Shown: positions 9,793-21,806 of the stretch, one piece after another | Numbering within the stretch: position 1 is the stretch's first letter | Layout: every line of letters begins with the position of its first letter | Assembly: GCA_037137535.1 (NCBI GenBank) | Contig: JBAXKC010000016.1 | Coordinates: 1-59,054, forward strand | Length of the DNA: 59,054 nucleotides | From: a bacterium | GTDB lineage: Bacteria > Cyanobacteriota > Vampirovibrionia > Gastranaerophilales > JBAXKC01 | Reading direction: 5' to 3' | Program-made: the position numbers and the translations under genes | Notes under the pieces: model-generated | Told to the model about the DNA's origin: nothing | The model's database searches: none | The model's input: only the letters and a program-made list of their open reading frames with translations

Positions 9793-9821
9793 ATATAAAA
9801 CCATTAAATAATAAAAATTTC
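9793..9821 (-). promoter_or_regulatory. Conserved bipartite upstream motif, site 1
   Basis: GAAATT-N13-GGTTTT-ATAT, 28 nt before the ATG at 9764. Confidence 0.55.
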
Positions 9822-9942
9822 TATAAATATAAGTAATGTAAAAAACTTTACTTAAAACTCTCTTTTCTTTATAAACACTTTAAATCTGTCTCATGTCATG
9901 ATAAAAATTAATATAAGGTTTTATTTCAATTGGAGATGAACA

Positions 9943-10230
9943 TTGATTACCGTAAAAGAAGCAGAAAATGTCGCTAAACTTGCCAGATTGGCTTTAGCAG
10001 ATGATGAAAAACAAAAACAGGCAGATCAAATGGGTAAACTTCTTGATTATTTTAATTTATTGAATGAAGTTAATACAGAAAATGTTGAACCTATGGCTCA
10101 GGCTATACCTAAAATTAACGTTATGAGAGATGACGTTATGGTTCAAAATTTTACAAGAGAAGAGCTTTTAGCTAACGCTCCTTTAGAGGAAGACAGCTAT
10201 TTTAAAGTTCCTAAAATCTCAGAAGAATAA
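9943..10230 (+). CDS. gatC: Asp-tRNA(Asn)/Glu-tRNA(Gln) amidotransferase subunit C
   Basis: VAKLARL, MRDD and LANAP...YFKVPKI. Confidence 0.95.
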   Translation: MITVKEAENVAKLARLALADDEKQKQADQMGKLLDYFNLLNEVNTENVEPMAQAIPKINVMRDDVMVQNFTREELLANAPLEEDSYFKVPKISEE

Positions 10231-10367
10231 ATTTTAAAAATATTATTAAATTTACGCAATTTTATATAATTATGAACATTACATGAATTAAAACAATTTA
10301 TTGGGTTGCTCGGGCAATTCTTGTATAATTGTTTTAAGTAAAATTTAGCTTTGTTATTTAAAGCTAA

Positions 10368-12390
<2,023 letters not shown>

Positions 12391-12416
12391 AATAAATTAA
12401 TTTTTATACTCATAAA

Positions 12417-12454
12417 AAAATCCCTTATCTGAAAATTTACAGATAAGGGATTTT
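12417..12454. terminator. Bidirectional terminator between cdd and the TRL-like genes
   Basis: aaaatcccttatctg...cagataagggatttt between convergent genes. Confidence 0.8.
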
Positions 12455-12467
12455 AGTTTGAATAATT

Positions 12468-12791
12468 TTATTCGCCGTATACGGTTGTGGTTAACTTTCT
12501 ATAAAAAACAAATATTGTTTTTTCTCTTATATCGATAAAATCAATTTTATCGATTTTTCCGTCAAGAGCTGCCTTGTTTATCCCTGCATCACCAACTTCA
12601 AATAAATACAAAAGATTTAATGCTGAAGCTTCACCTTTTTTTAGTTTTGAAAGTTTATCGGGAGTTATGTTTCCAGTTGCTGTAACAGGATAAACCGCAT
12701 TGGTATATAAAAGCCCGAATGCTTCAGATTTTTCAGGGAATAAGCAAATACATGCCATAACAATTATCAGTAAGGTTAATATCTTTTTCAT
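12468..12791 (-). CDS. TRL-like family exported protein
   Basis: Signal peptide, KKGEA..LxLxxxGDAGIxxAA..G.I.KI..ID and terminal TTVYGE. Start set at the ATG at 12791 after a GGAG RBS. Confidence 0.75.
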   Translation of the reverse strand: MKKILTLLIIVMACICLFPEKSEAFGLLYTNAVYPVTATGNITPDKLSKLKKGEASALNLLYLFEVGDAGINKAALDGKIDKIDFIDIREKTIFVFYRKLTTTVYGE

Positions 12792-12809
12792 TTTCTTTTT
12801 TAACTCCAA

Positions 12810-13238
12810 TTATTCGCCATAAACTACGGTAATATATTTATCTATATAAATAGGAATGAAGGGTAAAAATGGAATGGAAATTTTTTGTTTTTTAATTTCC
12901 ACAAAATGAACTTTTCTTATATGTCCATCTTCACAAGCTGCTTTTACTCCTGCATCTCCCCATTCAATGATGTGAAAGATATTTGTGCGCTCGGCTTCAC
13001 CATTTTTAAGATTTTCAATAGTTATTTTATTTTCTCTTGCTTCTGTTGAAGTAGGCACTAACTTGTCTTTTGGTAATTGTTCTCCCTCTGTATATGCTGC
13101 TTCAAGTGGCATTGTTGCGTTACCAAAGAAATAGCCTCTTTGATGATAGCTAAATCCACCTTTAGCAAATGCGGGATTAATTCCAAATATAGTTAAGCCT
13201 AAAAATAATAAACAAAAGAGTTTTCTAGTGTTTTTCAA
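12810..13238 (-). CDS. TRL-like family exported protein (paralog)
   Basis: Signal peptide ending AFA, GEA...GDAGVKAA..DGHIRKVHFVE and terminal TVVYGE. Confidence 0.75.
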   Translation of the reverse strand: MKNTRKLFCLLFLGLTIFGINPAFAKGGFSYHQRGYFFGNATMPLEAAYTEGEQLPKDKLVPTSTEARENKITIENLKNGEAERTNIFHIIEWGDAGVKAACEDGHIRKVHFVEIKKQKISIPFLPFIPIYIDKYITVVYGE

Positions 13239-13396
13239 TTAGGATTGTTCTCCAAATTAATAAATCGGACATGTTTTATTTTATACAAAATAAAAAAAAA
13301 TTGCCCGATTTACTATTAAAGTTTTATAAAGTTATAGGGATAAGCTGGTAATAATAAAAGCCAAGAAAATAATTTATAAAATATTTAGATTATTTA

Positions 13397-15151
13397 CTAT
13401 TCTTTTAGGTCTGCTATGTTGAACATGTTTTTACTTTCTTCAGCAGCTTTGTCATAGTGTTTTTTTATAACATCTGACATTTCTTGAAGTTTACCCTTAT
13501 TTTCAGGATTTTTGGTGTCAAGATTGCCATAATCTCCCCATGTTTCAGCGTTGGAGAGTTTTTCGGCCAGTTCATTAATGCTCATTGTATTATAGTTTAT
13601 TGATTTTTTATTATCAGAAAGCTCGTCAGCTGCTTTCATCATTGAAATCAGAAGTTCTTTCTGCCATGCTTTACCTTTTTCGTTGTCCTCTTTGGGCAGT
13701 CCGTTTATGTTTCCGTCAAAAGACTTCATAAATGATGAGATACGACCTATTGACGTAGGTTCAAATCCGCTCATGACGATTTTATGAGGACTTAACAGCA
13801 TTGGGTCTGCCTCAATTAAAGTTTTTGCGGCAATTTTTCCTTCTTCGGTTTCCATGTGGTGACATAAAAGTACCGATCCGCTAATTTTTGATTCAGTTAT
13901 TCCATTGTTATCTGTGAGTTTTTCTTTAAGGGTGTTAATAAGTTCAGGGTTACTGATTTCTCCGTTCATTATTCCCTTATATACTTCCTGTGGGGATTTA
14001 TCCTTTATTTCGCTGAAGTTTTTTGAAACTTCCGGAAGGATTTGTTCAAAAGCTTTTTTATTTATTCCTCTTATACCTGTGTCAAATTTCATGTGTTCAA
14101 GTGTTTTAAGGTCTTTGGGTGATATTTCTTTAGGTTCTTCGCCTTTTGACGGGGCTTTAAATCTTTGTATCATTGTGTCTTCAATATCAGGAGCTTTATC
14201 TGCAATACCGTCTTGCGCTCCGGGAATATATTTGTTTTTATGGAGAATTACGTTGTTCATTACCCATTCAGAATCGTTGTTTATAAATAATGATTCGCTT
14301 ACGTTTTTAATAAATTTATTTGTTTTGGAGGAATCACCTAATAGTTGTGTTAAAAGACCTTCAAATTCGGGATTCTTAGTAAGAACATCTTTAGCAATTA
14401 CTCCGCCAATAGCCGGATGAGTAGCAAGGTTGCTAAAAGAAACGTTGCCCGGTACTTTAGGGTCATGCAGCCAACCAACCATAGCAGATTTTAAGATTTC
14501 GCTCTTCTCTGATGTTTGGGATTTAGCTTCAATGGCACATTTCCTTGCAACCTGTGCAGCGTGAGGAATAGCATCGGCAAAGCCCATTTTATATAACATT
14601 GGACCTGTTGTTGCAATGAATAAATCCATTATTTGTAATTCTTTGTCGCCTAGACCTATATCTTTTAAGGTTGATTTAAGGATTTTACTTTCTGTTTTAA
14701 GTTCATGAACGAAGTCTTTCGCTTCTTTTTCAAAACTTTCAGGCTTTTTGGTTTCGCCTCCAAGTTTTGTAAGTATAAAATTATTGTGTACTTGTGCTTT
14801 TGATTTGGCAAGATCTTGTATTGTTGATTCCTCTAGTGTTTTATTTTCATTAATAAGGCTAAAAAGAGAGTTTACAGTATCTCGTGTGGGAAAATAATCC
14901 GGTCCGCATTCCTCTGCTCTTTTTCCTCCGTGTAATGCCTCTGAAACCATTGCCATTTCTTTATCCGTAGGGTCATATTTCCCTGCAAAATTTATGTTAA
15001 TTGCGCAATAAGCTCGATGTGCGTTTAATGGAGTTTTTGCATATTTTGGCTGTTCGGTTTTAATTTCCTGTTGTTGTACAGTTTGTTTTTCAGCTGGTTT
15101 TAAGGCTTTAGTGAAGCTTATTTGAGGGTTAAAGCTAATTCTGTTTGTCAT
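13397..15151 (-). CDS. Hypothetical protein with ISF leader and probable HD-type metal-binding domain
   Basis: 584-aa ORF. N-terminal ISFN/ISFTKA/INFAG; H...LHDP...H...AD spacing typical of the HD superfamily. Confidence 0.7.
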   Translation of the reverse strand: MTNRISFNPQISFTKALKPAEKQTVQQQEIKTEQPKYAKTPLNAHRAYCAININFAGKYDPTDKEMAMVSEALHGGKRAEECGPDYFPTRDTVNSLFSLINENKTLEESTIQDLAKSKAQVHNNFILTKLGGETKKPESFEKEAKDFVHELKTESKILKSTLKDIGLGDKELQIMDLFIATTGPMLYKMGFADAIPHAAQVARKCAIEAKSQTSEKSEILKSAMVGWLHDPKVPGNVSFSNLATHPAIGGVIAKDVLTKNPEFEGLLTQLLGDSSKTNKFIKNVSESLFINNDSEWVMNNVILHKNKYIPGAQDGIADKAPDIEDTMIQRFKAPSKGEEPKEISPKDLKTLEHMKFDTGIRGINKKAFEQILPEVSKNFSEIKDKSPQEVYKGIMNGEISNPELINTLKEKLTDNNGITESKISGSVLLCHHMETEEGKIAAKTLIEADPMLLSPHKIVMSGFEPTSIGRISSFMKSFDGNINGLPKEDNEKGKAWQKELLISMMKAADELSDNKKSINYNTMSINELAEKLSNAETWGDYGNLDTKNPENKGKLQEMSDVIKKHYDKAAEESKNMFNIADLKE

Positions 15152-15194
15152 TTTTACCCCTTAGAAATCTGGTACATATATAAACGATATATAA

Positions 15195-15223
15195 ATAAAA
15201 AACTAAAATATAAATAAAATTGC
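15195..15223 (-). promoter_or_regulatory. Conserved bipartite upstream motif, site 2
   Basis: GCAATT-N13-AGTTTT-TTAT, 43 nt before the ATG at 15151. Confidence 0.6.
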
Positions 15224-15278
15224 CATGTTTGTAACAAATTTTTTAGAATTATTATAGTAAATGTTTTATAAAAGGTGA

Positions 15279-15307
15279 GCAATTCTCTCAGCTTAATTGT
15301 TTTATTA
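15279..15307 (+). promoter_or_regulatory. Conserved bipartite upstream motif, site 3
   Basis: GCAATT-N13-TGTTTT-ATTA, 25 nt before the ATG at 15333. Confidence 0.7.
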
Positions 15308-15332
15308 TAAATAGAGATTGTGGAGAAATAGC

Positions 15333-15754
15333 ATGAGTTTAAATGTAAATTCACCGATTACAAGTTTTAAAGCAACAACAACACCGCCTAAAAACCGGAT
15401 AATATACAACAATCGAATAATATTCAAGCTACTAATCCCGAATTAAAAACTGATAAATTTAATAAACAAAATGAGCATGATGAATTAATGCTTATGACGG
15501 CAACTGCTTCATCAGTAGCCGCTCTTGGAATAGCTGCTTATGCTGCTTTCTTTAAAAAACAACTTCCAGTTCCTAGTGTTTCAGAAATTACAGAAACCGT
15601 TGCTAAAGAGTTAAAGCCTCACTTTGAGGAATTAAAAGAGGGACAAACTGCATTAAAAAATTCATTAAATGAAACTTTAGATAAATTACCAGAAAAAACA
15701 GTTAATAAATTTTTTAATAAATTTGTTGAAATATGTGATGAAATAGCAAAGTAG
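15333..15754 (+). pseudogene. Frameshifted single-TM hypothetical protein with TSFKA leader
   Basis: GGAG RBS plus ATG at 15333 reads MSLNVNSPITSFKATTTPPK. One extra A in the A5 run at 15390-15394 joins it in frame to ORF 15488..15754. Confidence 0.65.
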
Positions 15755-15869
15755 AATACGGGAATTAATAGATTATTACAATCTATGGAAAATAGATTAA
15801 ATAGTATTGGAATAACACTTCTTTAAAATGCCTATTAAAATACATTTTGAGCAGAATTGTGTAATATTT

Positions 15870-16325
15870 CTAATAATCACCAGCAGATGCTTTTAAACAT
15901 TTCTCGCAAATACCAAAAATTTTAAACTGATAATCTAAAACTCTAAATTTTGTCTGATTATCACAAATATTATTAGCAATTTCCATTAATTCATTATTGT
16001 CAAATTCTTCTGCACTGCCGCACATGTTGCAGATTAAGTGATGATGTTCGCTTTTATCTTCGGATTTTAATTCGTAATGTTTATGATCTTCGCCAAAATC
16101 AAGCTCTCTTAAAAAACCATGAAGGGTTAAAAATTTTAAGGTTCTATATAAAGTCGCAAGAGATATTTTTAAATCATGTTCTTGTAAAAGATTTTGTATT
16201 TCAATCGCACTTAAATGATGACCTTCAGGGATTTTCGTAAAAATTTGCAGAATTTCTTCACGTTGAGGGGTAATTCTATGCCCTCTTTTTCTTAAAGATT
16301 TAAAAACCTCTTGTTTGTCATTCAT
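15870..16325 (-). CDS. Fur family transcriptional regulator
   Basis: RITPQR, HLSA, ISLATLYRTL, HHHLICNMCG and C-terminal CEKC. Confidence 0.95.
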   Translation of the reverse strand: MNDKQEVFKSLRKRGHRITPQREEILQIFTKIPEGHHLSAIEIQNLLQEHDLKISLATLYRTLKFLTLHGFLRELDFGEDHKHYELKSEDKSEHHHLICNMCGSAEEFDNNELMEIANNICDNQTKFRVLDYQFKIFGICEKCLKASAGDY

Positions 16326-16735
16326 TATGAATTAAGGCCTTTTTCAAAATTTTCATATAAAGAAACAGGCATTTTACGGGCAAGTTTACCGTTTTTGTCG
16401 GTTACAACTATTGTAGTCGTACCTTTTGCCGTATGCGCTCCTGTCGTGATATTTTCAATATCATGAGAAAAAGTTATGCTGAAAGTAGTTAATTTTTCTA
16501 TTGTTGTAGTGATTTTTAATTCGTCAAAAAGTTTTGCAGCTGTTCTATAACGGCAATTAAGATCCACAACAGGCAAAAGAATATCCATATCTTGAAGTTG
16601 GTGTATATCAATGCCTAAAAGAGCGCAAAGTTCTATTCTTCCCGCTTCAAACCATCTTACATATGTGCCATGATAGGCTATCTGGTAGCTGTCAGTATCA
16701 TGATAATAAATTTTTTCTATTTTTTCGTATTTCAT
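16325..16735 (-). CDS. Acyl-CoA thioesterase, YbgC/4HBT family
   Basis: YYHDTDSYQIAYHGTYVRWFEAGR. Start moved to 16735 because the longer ORF overlaps the SRP RNA. Confidence 0.9.
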   Translation of the reverse strand: MKYEKIEKIYYHDTDSYQIAYHGTYVRWFEAGRIELCALLGIDIHQLQDMDILLPVVDLNCRYRTAAKLFDELKITTTIEKLTTFSITFSHDIENITTGAHTAKGTTTIVVTDKNGKLARKMPVSLYENFEKGLNS

Positions 16736-16753
16736 AAATTTCTTTTTATATAT

Positions 16754-16847
16754 AGCCGAACACCGACACACCCGCAAGTTTGCGACTTATTGCTGCTGCG
16801 TTCCCGCCCTGACAAGGTTCATCGGCTTACGCCGTGCCGGGTCGACT
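16754..16847 (-). ncRNA. ffs: Signal recognition particle RNA (small bacterial 4.5S type)
   Basis: Minus strand has GAACCTTGTCAGGGCGGGAACGCAGCAGC (helix-8 CAGG/tetraloop/AGCAG core) inside a long GC-rich hairpin. Confidence 0.93.
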
Positions 16848-17095
16848 TTAAATATTATCATATATTTATTTTATTTAATCAATTAATCCATATATTAACA
16901 TAAAAATCAATCCCTAAGCTAATTAATTAAATCCATAGGTTGATTTTTTTAGTTAGCTCAACGACTAAAATATTAATACAAATGGTTCTGGAGGTTGAAA
17001 AAAGTTTTTATAACTTCATTTCATGGGAGTTCTAACTTGATGAGTTAGAAATATTGCTATCCAACAACAGATTAAAAAGGGGAACGGGGCGTGTT

Positions 17096-17887
17096 ATGGG
17101 AATTGTTGCGACAGGCAAAGTAGCTGATAAATTTAATGACCTTATAAATAAGGTTCATATTCCATTTAAAAATACAGGCAAAAGTTATGAACACTGTATT
17201 AAAGCAGATGCTTTGAGAATACAGGACTATTTCCTTGAGTCCATCGCAGAGTATAAAAAAGCAATTTCTTTTGATAAAGATAATTTTGACGCTTACAGAG
17301 GGCTGGGATTTACTTATAAAGCTCTTGATATGTCTGAAAAAATGGTAGAATCCTTTGAAATTGCTAAAAAGCTTTCACCTTTTGATAAAGAAATTTATGT
17401 AGAACTGGGAATGGGCTATCTTAAAACAGGAGAAATAGCTTTAGCGATGAGTTGTTTCAGGACACTTATAAAGCTTGATCCCGATTTTACAGAGGCATGG
17501 TTTCAGCTTGCAATGTCGCATGAGCTGCTAAATGAAAATGAAATGGCTATAGATATCTATAATAAAATTATTCTTCAAAAAGATACTCATTTAGGGGCTT
17601 ATAATAACCTTGGCAGCTTATATATGCGATTAGGAAAGCATTTTGAGGCAGCAGGATTATTTTTAAGAGCTATTGAAATAAATCCGCAATTTTCAAGAGC
17701 TTTTCTGGGATTAGCAATTGCTTTCGACAAAATGGAAAGAGTAAATGATGCTATAAGGTATTATAAAAAATATCTTGAAATGAAACCTAATTCGGCAAAT
17801 ACCATCTATATTATTGAAAGATTAGAAGCCTTGAGAACTGAAAAAAGACCTTCAAGTCGTTCACATCTGAAATTAGTATCGTTTTAA
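17096..17887 (+). CDS. Tetratricopeptide repeat protein
   Basis: About six TPR units (AYRGLG, IYVELG, AWFQLA, AYNNLG, AFLGLA). Start could be 17054. Confidence 0.9.
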   Translation: MGIVATGKVADKFNDLINKVHIPFKNTGKSYEHCIKADALRIQDYFLESIAEYKKAISFDKDNFDAYRGLGFTYKALDMSEKMVESFEIAKKLSPFDKEIYVELGMGYLKTGEIALAMSCFRTLIKLDPDFTEAWFQLAMSHELLNENEMAIDIYNKIILQKDTHLGAYNNLGSLYMRLGKHFEAAGLFLRAIEINPQFSRAFLGLAIAFDKMERVNDAIRYYKKYLEMKPNSANTIYIIERLEALRTEKRPSSRSHLKLVSF

Positions 17888-17904
17888 GAAAAGGGAATAG
17901 AAAA

Positions 17905-18033
17905 ATGATTATAGCTGAAGTTGGAGTTGTTATCGGTGTTGCTTCACTAGGCATTTATTTTATAAAATCAAGCCTTGATAATAAATTTGGGATAGAAAAA
18001 CCTATAAATAAGAATATATTTAATCAAAATTAA
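17905..18033 (+). CDS. Small (42 aa) single-TM protein
   Basis: AAGGGA RBS, MIIAEVGVVIGVASLGIYFIKSSLDNKFG..., followed by a terminator; below the ORF-track cutoff. Confidence 0.5.
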   Translation: MIIAEVGVVIGVASLGIYFIKSSLDNKFGIEKPINKNIFNQN

Positions 18034-18051
18034 ACTTAAAGAATAATAATT

Positions 18052-18087
18052 AAAGACCTCCTTATGCGTTACATAAAGGAGGTCTTT
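18052..18087 (+). terminator. Intrinsic terminator
   Basis: aaagacctcctt...aaggaggtcttt hairpin. Confidence 0.75.
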
Positions 18088-18204
18088 GCATATTTACAGG
18101 AGATGAAAAATTGCCTTGTTGGTTTAGATAGGCGACTATATTAAATCTTGTCGGGTAAAGCAGATAATATTAAAGTATATTTTGATTAAAAGGTAATTTA
18201 ACAA

Positions 18205-19182
18205 ATGAACTTTATTAAAGACAAAATTAATTATATGAAAAACTTTATAAGTTGTAATAAATGGTTATTACAGATTAGACTTATTTATCTCTTATTTTTA
18301 AATTTTGAAAATAAATCTTTGATTTTAAATATTTTGATTTTTGTCGGAGTAATTAAAACGTTTTTTAATTTTAAAATGATAAAATCGTTAATCCTCTATA
18401 AAAAATCAATAAATAACAATGAAAATACAATTGCATTTACTTATAAATATTTAGTACAAAAAGAAAAAAATAGAATCTTAGGATTTATTCTTTATGAAGA
18501 TAAAATGCCAGATAAGTTTTTAAATATACAAGATTCTGAAATAATAAATAAAATTCGTCATAATAAAGGCTCTATTATTTTAGGAGTGCATTATGGACCG
18601 GATTGTACCAATATGCTTTTAAAACACGCTGGAATAGATGCAAAGGTCTTATCGGCTTCATTAGGTTTAAATTATCTTCATTATATGTTGAAGTTTGGTA
18701 ATGAAAGTTTAATGAATTCCAAGACTAAATACTTTAGCAAAAATGACGCAATAATATTGGCCCATAAAGGCGAAAAAAAGCTTATTAAGCATATAAAAGA
18801 AGATAAGAATATTTTAATATTTTTAGATTTACCTATTCATAAAAAAGAAGTCGGGGTTCTAACTCCTTTCTTAGGAATGACAAGGAATTTTAGCTATTTT
18901 GCCTTTAAATTAAGCATTAATTACAATAAACCTATATTTATCTGTTATCAGGAAAAATCAGAAGAAAAAGATAAATATAATATCAGGTTTAAAGAATTGA
19001 ATAATTTCTCGACACAAGAAGAAGGTTTAAAACAATATTTGAGCTTTGTTGAAGAATTAATTAAAAAAGATCCTTCCATGTGGTTTTTTGCCCCTTTAAT
19101 GAAAAAATGGGGAAAAGAAGCATTGGAAATGCAACGAGAAAAACAATATGACCTACCTAAAAAAGAAGTTTCCGTACGATAG
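18205..19182 (+). CDS. Lipid A late acyltransferase (LpxL)-like family protein
   Basis: KGSIILGVHYG, ILIFLD, PFLG and ELIKKDPSMWFF match the family pattern; very AT-rich. Confidence 0.65.
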   Translation: MNFIKDKINYMKNFISCNKWLLQIRLIYLLFLNFENKSLILNILIFVGVIKTFFNFKMIKSLILYKKSINNNENTIAFTYKYLVQKEKNRILGFILYEDKMPDKFLNIQDSEIINKIRHNKGSIILGVHYGPDCTNMLLKHAGIDAKVLSASLGLNYLHYMLKFGNESLMNSKTKYFSKNDAIILAHKGEKKLIKHIKEDKNILIFLDLPIHKKEVGVLTPFLGMTRNFSYFAFKLSINYNKPIFICYQEKSEEKDKYNIRFKELNNFSTQEEGLKQYLSFVEELIKKDPSMWFFAPLMKKWGKEALEMQREKQYDLPKKEVSVR

Positions 19183-19602
19183 TAGGCAAGTTCTTTATAT
19201 TGTTTATACCAATCCAACTTATGGTTTGATAATTGAATTTAAAAAGCACACTAATCGAGCTGTTTGCTGCTATGTTTTTGTTTTTACTTCCTTTTTATTT
19301 TTCGAAAATAAAAAAGAAGTCGATGGATTCAACATCGAAATTGTATTGTGATGAAAAGAGTTTATAGCTATTTAATGAACTTCAATAAAACGGTTATTAA
19401 TTATTTTGCTGGAGCGGTATAAATTGTTTTCTTAAAAGATTAAATTTTCCTTAAAAAGTTTAAAAAATTTTCTAAGTTGTATTAAATTAAAATAAGAAAT
19501 GACACTGTAAAAGATTAAACAGATTAATTAGGTTTATAAAATCATATTTATAGTATCATTTAGAAAATGTTGTGAATAAAATACTTTGGAGGTATATGGC
19601 AC

Positions 19603-19905
19603 ATGTCATCGAACGAAACAAGAATTAAACCTTTAGGCGACAGAATTGTTGTAAAAGCAGTTGATGAAACAGAAACCACCACAGGTGGAATTTTTATACC
19701 TGATTCAGCAAGAGAAAAACCACAAAGAGGTGAAGTTCTTGCAGTTGGAGCAGGAAAACTTCTTGAAAGTGGAAAAAGAGAAGAAATGGACGTAAAAGTT
19801 GGCGACATTATTCTTTTCACAAAATACGGCGGTACAGATATTAAAATTAACAATAAAGAATATAAAATCCTTTCAGTTAGAGACGTATTAGGAATTGTTG
19901 AGTAA
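19603..19905 (+). CDS. groES: Co-chaperonin GroES
   Basis: IKPLGDRIVV, GGIFIPDSA and KYGGT. Confidence 0.98.
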   Translation: MSSNETRIKPLGDRIVVKAVDETETTTGGIFIPDSAREKPQRGEVLAVGAGKLLESGKREEMDVKVGDIILFTKYGGTDIKINNKEYKILSVRDVLGIVE

Positions 19906-19918
19906 GATTATTTGTTAA

Positions 19919-21565
<1,647 letters not shown>

Positions 21566-21594
21566 TCAACGATTATTATGTATAAGTAATATGT

Positions 21595-21627
21595 TAAAGG
21601 GTAATGCAAAAGCTGCATTACCCTTTA
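21595..21627 (+). terminator. Intrinsic terminator after groEL
   Basis: taaagggtaatgca...tgcattacccttta hairpin. Confidence 0.8.
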
Positions 21628-21806
21628 TTTAAAGTATCATCCAGAAGTGTTAAGAAATGTAACAAACAGAAGGATTTATTATAAACATAGTAGCAAGTTT
21701 TTTTTTTAAGGACTTCATGTAAATATACATAGAATTATTAAGAGAGAAGAGTTATTTTTATTTGTTTAAAGAAATAATATAATCTGCAAAAATTGAGGGT
21801 TAATAG

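Noticed and set aside
13276-13304. GCAATT upstream of the TRL-like pair as a ninth regulon site
   Set aside because: The second box reads TATAAA, more like a sigma70 -10 element.
15279-15307. Regulon motif as a FliA or sigma54 promoter
   Set aside because: No GCCGATAA box; the TTGC lies on the wrong strand and lacks the TGGC -24 element.
15752-15826. Programmed TAG read-through or recoding
   Set aside because: TAG ends other genes here normally, no recoding signal is visible and a 23-codon open stretch can be chance.
16670-16903. 77-aa plus-strand ORF and the N-terminal extension of the thioesterase to 16777
   Set aside because: Both overlap the SRP RNA gene.
19380-19602. CIRCE element upstream of groESL
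   Set aside because: No TTAGCACTC-N9-GAGTGCTAA match found.
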